From assembly GCA_965223095.1 (NCBI GenBank), contig OZ244979.1, positions 1,525,744 to 1,589,743 of the forward strand: a DNA stretch of 64,000 bases, given 5' to 3'. The notes under the pieces were generated by a model, which saw only the letters and a list, made by a program, of their open reading frames with translations, had not been told where the DNA came from and did not search any database. The first letter of the stretch is position 1, and every line of letters starts with the position of its first letter. This stretch comes from Gammaproteobacteria bacterium (GTDB lineage: Bacteria; Pseudomonadota; Gammaproteobacteria; Steroidobacterales; GCA-2729495). Below, piece after piece: positions 53,434 through 61,275 of the stretch. A program made the translations under genes and the position numbers.

Positions 53434-54498
53434 CTATTTCAAATAGTCGAAAATACCTTTAACTTCGCCATTGCTCAGCATGGGTTCGAAGTATTCAATG
53501 TACCCGGTCAGCTCATCAAGAGCTAAGATTTTCACATGCCTAAACTCTGCCTTAGGCTTCGCGTTCGTCATAGCGATGATGTTACGTATTGAAATCTTTT
53601 TCTTGCCCCAGTGATGATTGTCTAGTTTGACATCGCTAAAGCCAGAGTCGCTGTTGAGCAATACAAATAGGGCATAGCCAGATCTCCTGATCTGCTCGAC
53701 TGGCGACCGAAGATCCAGATCTTGTACAGACTGTTTGCTCCAGTTTTTGGTTTCAATCAGAAATACACCAGATGGGCAAATGAGAAGGTGGTCTATCTGG
53801 ACACTGAAAATTCGGTCGTCTTCTTTGCGGTTGAAAATAGGGGGATCAAATTCAACCGAAAAGTCATTAATCAAATAGTGCTCATCGGAAAGTTTTTCCA
53901 ATGCATTGACGACTGCCGCTTCGCCCACAGCCCCGGCTATTAGCGGATAGAGTTCGTCGATTAGTGATTTTGTGCGGCCTAGTTCGGCTGCCGATTTTTC
54001 GACACGTTCTGCAGTTGTTACGTCTTTATTCTTAATGAATGCGTCTAGCGTATTCTCTGCGTCTTTAGCGGACGCTTCTACATCATTAGTTTGTTTTGCG
54101 ACGAGCTTATCAATACTGTTTTCGAGCTTAGCGGTTTTGCGCTTCAGGCTTGCAAAAGCAGGATAAAGAAAAAGCTTGGCAAGCAGGTTTCTGTTGCGCC
54201 GGGTTTCGACTCTATCTCGTTCTGTTTGCAACTGCGTGAGCTCTTGATTGAGCTCATCTTTTACGCGTAGCTGAAGTTCACTGTGGGCTGTTTGGCTCGC
54301 CGCGAGTGAAGCACGCATATTCTGAACTTCTCGGTCGATCGCGCGTTCGACCTGTGTCGGTATTGCTCGCTTTTCGGCTTCATAGTTTTTAAGAAAAGCA
54401 TTGATGTCGGCGATTGAGTTGAATCGAGTTATCCCGGCCTCGCTCAGCGTTTCTTTCAGTCGCTTCAGGGGCTCAATTTGCCCTTCAACAATCGTCAT
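53434..54498 (-). CDS. Coiled-coil protein with a C-terminal NERD (nuclease-related) domain
   Basis: 354 aa. The N-terminal 190 aa are heptad-rich. The C-terminal core INDFSVEF...SVQIDHLLICPSGVFLIETKNWS is the NERD pattern. It is convergent with hsdM and AT-rich. Confidence 0.8.
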   Translation of the reverse strand: MTIVEGQIEPLKRLKETLSEAGITRFNSIADINAFLKNYEAEKRAIPTQVERAIDREVQNMRASLAASQTAHSELQLRVKDELNQELTQLQTERDRVETRRNRNLLAKLFLYPAFASLKRKTAKLENSIDKLVAKQTNDVEASAKDAENTLDAFIKNKDVTTAERVEKSAAELGRTKSLIDELYPLIAGAVGEAAVVNALEKLSDEHYLINDFSVEFDPPIFNRKEDDRIFSVQIDHLLICPSGVFLIETKNWSKQSVQDLDLRSPVEQIRRSGYALFVLLNSDSGFSDVKLDNHHWGKKKISIRNIIAMTNAKPKAEFRHVKILALDELTGYIEYFEPMLSNGEVKGIFDYLK

Positions 54499-54607
54499 GG
54501 GCCCATATTGTATTGGCTATTTCATGCAAAATCAGGGCCAGAACGGGGCGCTAACAATGTTTGTGAGGCATAGTCAAAGCTTCCTGTGGGCGGAACAAGA
54601 GCAAAAA

Positions 54608-54625
54608 GGAGTCGAACCGATTTTT
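54608..54625 (-). repeat. Recurrent motif, copy 5 (reverse orientation; AAAAATCGGTTCGACTCC on the minus strand)
   Basis: It lies between the NERD gene start and the small HTH ORF. Confidence 0.45.
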
Positions 54626-54633
54626 CGGGGCGG

Positions 54634-54891
54634 TTAGTGAGCCTTTTTGCGTCTACCACATTTGCCAGTGGGGATATCTCGGCCGAGCAAGGTTGAGTAT
54701 TTCGTGCCGGGCGAAACTTTATAAATTATTTCTGTTTTTCTGAGTTGCTCGATGGTGCGCGGTAGTGCCGGTCGGGAACGACCAAAACGGCGCGCAACGC
54801 CGCTGATTGTGACAATGTGATTGTCTGTCGTATCGATGACAATGTTGGCGCGGATGCGTGCTGGGGTACTCGCGCTTGATGTGCTACACAT
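54634..54891 (-). CDS. Possible small excisionase/MerR-like HTH protein (uncertain)
   Basis: The segment VTISGVARRFGRSRPALPRTIEQLRKTEIIYKVSPGTKY has the spacing of HTH_17/excisionase-type domains. The start is unclear (the ORF extends to 55011) and I see no clear RBS. Confidence 0.3.
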   Translation of the reverse strand: MCSTSSASTPARIRANIVIDTTDNHIVTISGVARRFGRSRPALPRTIEQLRKTEIIYKVSPGTKYSTLLGRDIPTGKCGRRKKAH

Positions 54892-54988
54892 AAGTCCTTG
54901 TCGACTTAAACCAAATTGGCACGCACACGGGTTCATGAGTAGATATCGAATCAAGATAGGCAAAATAGGACTAGAGCCAATCAACCAC

Positions 54989-55004
54989 AAAAATCGGTTT
55001 GGAC
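54989..55004 (+). repeat. Recurrent motif, copy 6 (degenerate; AAAAATCGGTTTGGAC)
   Basis: It is inverted relative to copy 5, and together the two bracket the small HTH ORF. Confidence 0.35.
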
Positions 55005-55172
55005 TTCCCACGGTCTAGTAGACATCTCCGGGCTACAGCCAAGAACCGAACAGGATAAGGATCAAGGGTGCATTAGAAATTGCGACGCAAATCAGCATCC
55101 ACAGGTGGTCTTTATTGTTATCTCTTGTGATCGATACAAACAACGACAATGCCAATACCAGCTAGCGCCCCA

Positions 55173-55721
55173 TCATTCTTGAAGGTAATCCACTATTTTT
55201 GGATCGTTAAGCATTTGAATAACGGCTCGTGGTATGGCCCCCTCGCAGGCGAGCTTAGGTAGATACGCGAGACCTGCAGTCGCTCCATTGCTACCTTCGT
55301 AAGTCTGAGAATACCCTCGGGCGGTTTCAACATCCAACGTGACTTTGCAGGTAGAAAGCGCAAAACCGAAATCTAGCGTGGCACTCGTGATGGATAGGCT
55401 AATTGCCTTTGCTTCATTGGCTCCAACTGACACGCCACCATCTCGCAAAGCTCTTTCTGCATGAATGATTGCAACATCTGTCCATTCCCTGCGGTTGCTC
55501 ATCCACTCGAAACGGCCTTTCTTACCCATTAGGACTGGTTCCGTAGATTCTTGACCATTCCTTAGTGAAACCGCTGCCGAGGTATTTATTGTAGGGAAAT
55601 TGCTGGTTTGTATGGGAAATGACTCAGGATTAGGCTGCATGTGCTCAGTTTTTGTTGAGCAGGCAGTTACCAATAGAATGGTGAGAACCGAAAAGACGAC
55701 AAGTATATTTTTCTTACTCAT
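55173..55721 (-). CDS. Orphan lipoprotein
   Basis: The start is set at MSKKNILVVFSVLTILLVTAC (lipobox LVTAC). The protein is 182 aa, the DNA is AT-rich, and I recognise no family. Confidence 0.65.
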   Translation of the reverse strand: MSKKNILVVFSVLTILLVTACSTKTEHMQPNPESFPIQTSNFPTINTSAAVSLRNGQESTEPVLMGKKGRFEWMSNRREWTDVAIIHAERALRDGGVSVGANEAKAISLSITSATLDFGFALSTCKVTLDVETARGYSQTYEGSNGATAGLAYLPKLACEGAIPRAVIQMLNDPKIVDYLQE

Positions 55722-56013
55722 ATTTAATATTCCCAGGGTTCGCATGCAGTAGTACATTGTTTGTTTGCATATATCCTGCGTCAGAAACTGCCTATCGGGA
55801 CACTAAGCACGGCTGCAGATTACGAGAACATTGCGCCAGGTTGTTGCACGGGTATTCTTATACACTGAATTGGTGCCAGCGGGAAGCCGCTTCCGCGTCA
55901 ACTATGCCTGTTTGTGTGCGTAGCAAGGTTTCGGGTGATGAATGCACCGCTGTCAGGCTCGGCCTGATTGTCGCCGGCGGGCGTATTCAGGGCGAGACGG
56001 GGCGCCATCGGAT

Positions 56014-56044
56014 TATTTAGAATTCTTACTCTGACCCTATTAAT
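56014..56044. mobile_element. Solo right-end copy of the MITE/IS terminal repeat
   Basis: ATTTAGAATTCTTACTCTGACCCTATTAAT compares with the MITE right ends AAATAGTTTTTACTCTGACCCCATAAT. It abuts the miaE stop codon and marks the right edge of the island. Confidence 0.5.
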
Positions 56045-56628
56045 CAATGCAGTGCCGGCCGAAATTGCAAGCCTTGAACAATTTCGGCTTCTACCCGCAG
56101 TAACTCCTCAAGCCGCGGATAGATGACCTCATCAGCAAACTCCTTGAGTAACAAATGTACAAACAGGTGACCATGCTTTTGCTCCGCTTTCCAGAGTCGA
56201 TGGTAGAAAGCTCTAAGTTCTTCATCGGGAAATGATTGGGCGAGAATGCCGAAACGCTCGGCCCCGCGGCATTCAATGATTGACGCGATGAGCATGCGAT
56301 CGATAAGCCGCTCGTCGCGTCCGTGCCGCGCAACGGCCAGTAGATCGTTGATATAAGGATCCGGTTCATCTTTTTGTAGCCGTAAGCCGCGCTTCTCCAG
56401 CAGCGCATAGACTTGCTGAAAATGCTCGAGTTCTTCGCGGGCCACTTCAATCAAGCCGGGTATCAGGGCAGGGCGGTCTGGATATTTGGCCACGAAACTC
56501 ATCGCCAGGGCTGATGCTTTGCGCTCACAATTCGCATGGTCCAGTAAAAAGGCGTCAAAATCACCCAGCACGGTTTCCAGCCACGTGGGTGATGTGTTAA
56601 CAAGCACGTCGATGGATTTTTTAGTCAA
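56044..56628 (-). CDS. miaE: tRNA-(ms2io6A37)-hydroxylase, diiron ferritin-like
   Basis: 194 aa with MiaE-like sequence (FLLDHANCERKASALAMSFVAKYPDR...AREELEHFQQV...WKAEQKHGHLF). ExxH-type diiron ligand motifs are present. Confidence 0.85.
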   Translation of the reverse strand: MTKKSIDVLVNTSPTWLETVLGDFDAFLLDHANCERKASALAMSFVAKYPDRPALIPGLIEVAREELEHFQQVYALLEKRGLRLQKDEPDPYINDLLAVARHGRDERLIDRMLIASIIECRGAERFGILAQSFPDEELRAFYHRLWKAEQKHGHLFVHLLLKEFADEVIYPRLEELLRVEAEIVQGLQFRPALH

Positions 56629-56643
56629 AGAAGATTCCCTTTA

Positions 56644-57924
56644 ATGAGTCGTTTTGCCGAGCCGAGCCTTGTACGGCGCCGGGCCGCTATTGCGCGCTAC
56701 TTGGAAAAACGGCAATTCTACCCGCTGAGCCTGGCCGATAAACCACCCAGTGACCTCGGCTTGGTCGTGGTCATTCCCTGTTTCGATGAGCCGAATATCG
56801 AAGCGGTACTCAATTCCCTGGGTTCTTGCGACGCGCCAAGCTGTTCGGTGGAGATTTTAGTTGTTGTTAATGCGCCCCAAGGCGCTGATTCCGGCGTATT
56901 GCGCCGTAATCAGGCAAGCGCGCAAGAAGTTCACGCCTGGCAAGCAAAACAAGGTCAATCACGGCTGCGGGTGCATCTGATCGAGCACAACGAACTGCCG
57001 CGGCGGCGAGCCGGTGTGGGCCTAGCCAGAAAAATTGGTATGGATGAAGCCGTCGCGCGCTTGAGTCGTGGCGCGAACGCCGAGGGTATCGTCGTGTGCT
57101 TAGACGCCGATTGTTTGGTCGCGGAAAACTATTTCCTGGCGATTCAGGCGTTCTTCGCCAGCAATCCGCGGGTCGCGGGGGCATCTATCTATTTTGAACA
57201 CCCCGACATTCTCGACCGGACGACTGAGCTTGCTCGCGCCATGGTCGATTACGAACTGCACCTACGCTGTTATGTTGCCGGTCAGCGGCGTGCGGGCTTT
57301 CCCTATGCTTATCATACCGTTGGTTCGACTCTCACATGCCGCGCGAGTGACTATGTGGCCCAGGGTGGAATGAACTTGCGCCAGGGTGGTGAGGATTTCT
57401 ATTTTGCACAAAAACTGATTGGCGCACGAGCGTATTCCGCACTTAACAACACCGTTGTCTATCCGGGGGTGCGGCGTTCGCGGCGCGTACCTTTCGGCAC
57501 CGGCCCGGCCTTAGAGAGGGTATTGGATTCCACAGATGGCCTGCGCTCGTTTGCGCCGGATGTGTATAGAGACTTACAGGAGTTTTGTATCTGCATTCGC
57601 GACAATAATCCGGCGCAGCTCGCTGCGGCGTTTCTGGCATTGCCAGGCCCGCTGGTGGAATTCCTAATTGCGCAAGGCTTTGCCGAGCGCATTGAAGAAA
57701 TTCGCCTGAATGTGCGCGATGAACACAGCTTTCGCAAGCGCGTCTTTCGCTGGTTCAATGCCTTTCGATTTCTCAAATATGCACAGGCAAGCAGCCGTAC
57801 GAGCTATCCGAAAATTCCCGTGGTTACAGCGGCGGCGGCATTAGCGGATGAGGGTATTGATGCTGATGTTCGCAGCGCCAGTGACTGGTTGCGTCGCTAT
57901 CGGGCGCGAGATCGACAGACCTGA
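56644..57924 (+). CDS. Family 2 glycosyltransferase
   Basis: 426 aa with the GT-A N-terminus (LVVVIPCFDEPN) and a DxD motif (CLDADC). Confidence 0.8.
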   Translation: MSRFAEPSLVRRRAAIARYLEKRQFYPLSLADKPPSDLGLVVVIPCFDEPNIEAVLNSLGSCDAPSCSVEILVVVNAPQGADSGVLRRNQASAQEVHAWQAKQGQSRLRVHLIEHNELPRRRAGVGLARKIGMDEAVARLSRGANAEGIVVCLDADCLVAENYFLAIQAFFASNPRVAGASIYFEHPDILDRTTELARAMVDYELHLRCYVAGQRRAGFPYAYHTVGSTLTCRASDYVAQGGMNLRQGGEDFYFAQKLIGARAYSALNNTVVYPGVRRSRRVPFGTGPALERVLDSTDGLRSFAPDVYRDLQEFCICIRDNNPAQLAAAFLALPGPLVEFLIAQGFAERIEEIRLNVRDEHSFRKRVFRWFNAFRFLKYAQASSRTSYPKIPVVTAAAALADEGIDADVRSASDWLRRYRARDRQT

Positions 57925-58134
57925 CCGATGTTGGTGGGCGGGCTTGCGATGGGGTACAGCCCTATGCCGCCGCGACCGCGCAGTTGCTAAATTGCCACCG
58001 CCGTTTCCACAGGCTGTTGTAGCAGAACGAAAGTCTTGACGAAGGGCGCGAGAAGTCGGCTTGCAAATTGTAGCGCTGAGACCAGCGGGGGACTGAATTT
58101 CTTGGCTGGGCTAGCCGCGAGACTGACAATCTCG

Positions 58135-59043
58135 CTAGGCTTCAATCTTTCTGGTTTTATCCGTCAGGAATTGCTTGATCGTGATGGACCCATAGCCGGG
58201 TGCTCGCATGTCGTTTTCGAGGTAGTAGTAGACGATTTTTACGAATTCGGAGAAAACGCCGACTTTCCTGAAAATTAACCCAATCCATCTGGTGATATAG
58301 ATCACCGCTTTTACCGCCCAGCCGGGCACACTCACTAGCTTCGGTTCCTTGCCCAAAGATTCGAAGACCATCTCGAGTGAATCTTTGTACGTGACCAGAT
58401 TCTCGGGCACTTCTGGGCCACCGATGATAAAGATGCGGTTCATGCGTTCGCTGTTGTCGATACAGTCGACCAAATACTCGGCTAAATCTTCCTTGGCGAT
58501 GGGATTGTGGACAGCTTGATCACCCGAGCCGACAATAAATCCCGGCTTGCCTTTCTCAATCATCCGCGTTTGCGAATCGAAAACCCAGAAGTAGGCTGTG
58601 GGCCTGACGATACTGTAGTTGATACCGGAGCGGATCAGCGCATCCTCCATTTTTAGTTTGGCGAGTTGCAGCGGCAGATCCGGTTTTCTGACACAGATTG
58701 CAGACAAAAGAACAAACTGGCTCGTGCCATTTTCCAGCGCCGCATTGAGAATCTTAAGCGTGGCCTGGTAGTCAATTTCATCAAAGTCCCGGGCCAGCCC
58801 TGATCGGCAGGCTAGGCAAGAAATCACGATGTCGATTTTTCGACTGAAAGCCTTGGCAATGGAGTCTGCATCGGTGACATCCGCCAACATAACTTCCGCG
58901 CCTTCAAACTGGCCGTCTTTTCTTGCCGATCTCGTGACAGCAATGACCTGGTAGCCTTGACGGACTGCTTCGGTAACCACAGCATTGCCGATATAGCCGG
59001 TGGCCCCAACCACCAGAACGGTTTTTTTGCTTTTATCTGTCAT
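58135..59043 (-). CDS. NAD(P)-binding atypical SDR (NmrA/epimerase-like)
   Basis: 302 aa with the Rossmann motif VVGATGYIGNAV. Substrate unknown. Confidence 0.8.
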   Translation of the reverse strand: MTDKSKKTVLVVGATGYIGNAVVTEAVRQGYQVIAVTRSARKDGQFEGAEVMLADVTDADSIAKAFSRKIDIVISCLACRSGLARDFDEIDYQATLKILNAALENGTSQFVLLSAICVRKPDLPLQLAKLKMEDALIRSGINYSIVRPTAYFWVFDSQTRMIEKGKPGFIVGSGDQAVHNPIAKEDLAEYLVDCIDNSERMNRIFIIGGPEVPENLVTYKDSLEMVFESLGKEPKLVSVPGWAVKAVIYITRWIGLIFRKVGVFSEFVKIVYYYLENDMRAPGYGSITIKQFLTDKTRKIEA

Positions 59044-59090
59044 GTCGTTTTCTGTACCTGCTATTTGATAGGCGCGAAGTTTGAATTTAC

Positions 59091-59549
59091 TCAGTCTGAC
59101 AATTGCTTGCGGACCGCCGCTAAGATCGTGTTCGCTATTTTAATGTTTTTGACAGGCAGTTCGCTGGCCACCGTCTGCGCCCACAGCAAGCGTTGCCGAT
59201 CAAGCTGCGCCAATAGTTTGGTCGCTTTCTTCGTGATCGCCACCAGCGGCGCGCGCCGATGATTTGGATTGGCCTGGTAGGTGATCAGCCCATCTTTTTC
59301 CAGTGCGTTGGCAACCTGCTGAACGCTTTGGCGGGCTAGACCCATCCAACGGGCAATGTCTGAGACCGTTGCCGGCCCCGCGGCCTGGGCCACGGCGTTG
59401 AGAACCTGCCAGCGGGTACCCGTAAGGCCGACGTCCCGAGCCATTCGGTCGGCCGTGCTTTGCAGGCGGCTGTTCAGTCGAAAGCTCTGGCTAATCAGCT
59501 CCACGATAGCATCCGCGGCGGGCTTCACAGCTTTTATGGGCGTGCTCAT
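59091..59549 (-). CDS. MarR-family transcriptional regulator
   Basis: 152 aa with a wHTH (GTRWQVLNAVAQAAGPATVSDIARWMGLARQSVQQVANALEKDGLI). Confidence 0.85.
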   Translation of the reverse strand: MSTPIKAVKPAADAIVELISQSFRLNSRLQSTADRMARDVGLTGTRWQVLNAVAQAAGPATVSDIARWMGLARQSVQQVANALEKDGLITYQANPNHRRAPLVAITKKATKLLAQLDRQRLLWAQTVASELPVKNIKIANTILAAVRKQLSD

Positions 59550-59551
59550 AG

Positions 59552-59589
59552 TTGACAGGATACGGTCAAATCTGACAGGATACGGTCAA
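59552..59589. promoter_or_regulatory. Tandem 18-bp pseudo-palindromic boxes, candidate MarR operators
   Basis: TTGACAGGATACGGTCAA (59552-59569) and CTGACAGGATACGGTCAA (59572-59589) repeat with a 20-bp period. Each has TTGAC/GTCAA-type inverted arms. They lie directly upstream of the MarR start in the divergent intergenic region. Confidence 0.55.
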
Positions 59590-59636
59590 TCATAACACGC
59601 TCACCGGCTCGCGGCCGGCTCACAGGAAGTCAGCAG

Positions 59637-60653
59637 ATGAATTTTGATGTGATCCTAGACCCTGATATATCGCCGCAGGAAGTTTGCGAATTGGGCTTGC
59701 TGGCCGAAAGCTATGGCTTCAAGGCCGTTTGGGTGTCGAACTATCCCTCGTCGCGAGATCCCTTTATCAATCTATGCCCCCTGGCGCTGGCCTCGAGCAA
59801 GATCCGGCTCGGTCCCTTGGTCGTCACGCCCTATGAAATGCATCCTTACAAGATCGCCAAGGCATTGGCGAGTCTCAATGAGATCTGCGGCGGACGGGCA
59901 AATCTGTTGACCGGCGGGCCCACGGGTGTGAACGCAGCCATGGGGATGGGTGTCGATCGCATGGTTGGCCGAACGCGCGAGTGTGTAGAAATTCTCAAAG
60001 GCGCGAATCCTGATGTGGCGCTGAACTACAACGGCAAGATCTATCAGACTTGGGGTTATCGGCCACAGTGGGCGACGGATGAACCGCCTGTTGTTTACGT
60101 GGGTGCAAACAAAGCACAAATGACCCATATGGCGACGGCTATTGCCGATGCCATCATGCTGGGCGATACCACCGAAGAGCGCCTGGCATCGAGCTTGCAG
60201 CTCATCGATGAAAATCTCAAAAGCCATGGCCGGCGTCGCGCTGATGTGCCGGTGAGTTGTCTGGTGGCCTGGCATGTAAAACAGAATAAAGACTTATCGG
60301 CCAGCGAAGCAAAGCGTCACCTAGCACTGCGGGGCATGCTCGATATCTGGTTTCTTAAGACCTTTCTCAATGAAGAGGAAATTCGCATTGTCGATCAGAA
60401 CCGGGCGAATATATTTAAAGCCTATAAAGAAGAAACGGACAGCATAGAAGGCGTGCCCGATGACATCGTGGATAAGCTAGTGGATAACTTAAGCATGGCT
60501 GGCAGCCACGATGATGTCGACAAGCACATCGCCACACTACACAGATACCGGGAGCTGGGCCTGGATGAAGTCGCCTTTAAGCTCCACAAAGATCAGGCCG
60601 AGGCGATCAAGCTCATCGGTGAGCGCATATTGCCGGAGTTTCAGGCGACTTGA
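59637..60653 (+). CDS. Luciferase-like (LLM-class) flavin/F420-dependent oxidoreductase
   Basis: 338 aa with the TIM-barrel LLM pattern (GFKAVWVSNY...RLGPLVVTPYEMHP...). Confidence 0.85.
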   Translation: MNFDVILDPDISPQEVCELGLLAESYGFKAVWVSNYPSSRDPFINLCPLALASSKIRLGPLVVTPYEMHPYKIAKALASLNEICGGRANLLTGGPTGVNAAMGMGVDRMVGRTRECVEILKGANPDVALNYNGKIYQTWGYRPQWATDEPPVVYVGANKAQMTHMATAIADAIMLGDTTEERLASSLQLIDENLKSHGRRRADVPVSCLVAWHVKQNKDLSASEAKRHLALRGMLDIWFLKTFLNEEEIRIVDQNRANIFKAYKEETDSIEGVPDDIVDKLVDNLSMAGSHDDVDKHIATLHRYRELGLDEVAFKLHKDQAEAIKLIGERILPEFQAT

Positions 60654-60697
60654 GTTTTGATATTACCGGCTGTGCCGGCTGCGAGAGATAAATTTCC

Positions 60698-61267
60698 ATG
60701 AACAATACTGCTGTCGCAACTGAAATTGACGAAGACCCACAAAAATATCTTTGGTTCGCTGTCTATATATTGATAATGGCGGTTGCGGCTCTGCCTTTGT
60801 TCGGCCTGCGCATCCCGCTGCTATTTCCTTACACGCCCACGCTAGTCGTCCATGAGTTTGCGGCCTTTGCTTTTGTCGGCCATACGTTTTTCAGCAATAT
60901 CTGGTCTCTGCGGATACGCGCCACCCAGCCCAAAGAGTTTGGTGTGTGGGCGCGGGGGCATATGCGCATACTTTGTTTGTCGGTGACCGGACCCATGGCG
61001 GTTATCACGCCCGTTGCCGGGTTGATGGTGGTCGAAAGCTGGGGTGGACTTGAGGCAGCGCCCTGGGCGTGGGATTCTTATCTGGCCTTTTGGATCATGT
61101 GCGCCGTTAGCGTCGTGCCCGATGTCATTCGCTATGCGCGTAATCGACATGCTGAAGAGCCCATGCATGGCATGATCAACGGTGGTATTCGCGCGATGCT
61201 TGCCACCTTACTAACCTTCTACATCATGGTTTGCATGATGGCGAAGGTCTCGGTGATTGCGGGTTAA
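60698..61267 (+). CDS. Four-TM membrane protein of unknown function
   Basis: 189 aa with four hydrophobic helices. I recognise no family with confidence. Confidence 0.65.
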   Translation: MNNTAVATEIDEDPQKYLWFAVYILIMAVAALPLFGLRIPLLFPYTPTLVVHEFAAFAFVGHTFFSNIWSLRIRATQPKEFGVWARGHMRILCLSVTGPMAVITPVAGLMVVESWGGLEAAPWAWDSYLAFWIMCAVSVVPDVIRYARNRHAEEPMHGMINGGIRAMLATLLTFYIMVCMMAKVSVIAG

Positions 61268-61275
61268 TCCATAGC

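Noticed and set aside
54500-56043. A direct repeat of the tRNA-Met 3' end (attR) and an integrase gene at the far side of the island
   Set aside because: I scanned by eye for GGTTCAAGTCCACCCATCACCACCA-like sequence and for recombinase-like ORFs. Neither was found, but a sensitive aligner is needed to be sure. Only a possible excisionase-like HTH and a solo IS end are present.
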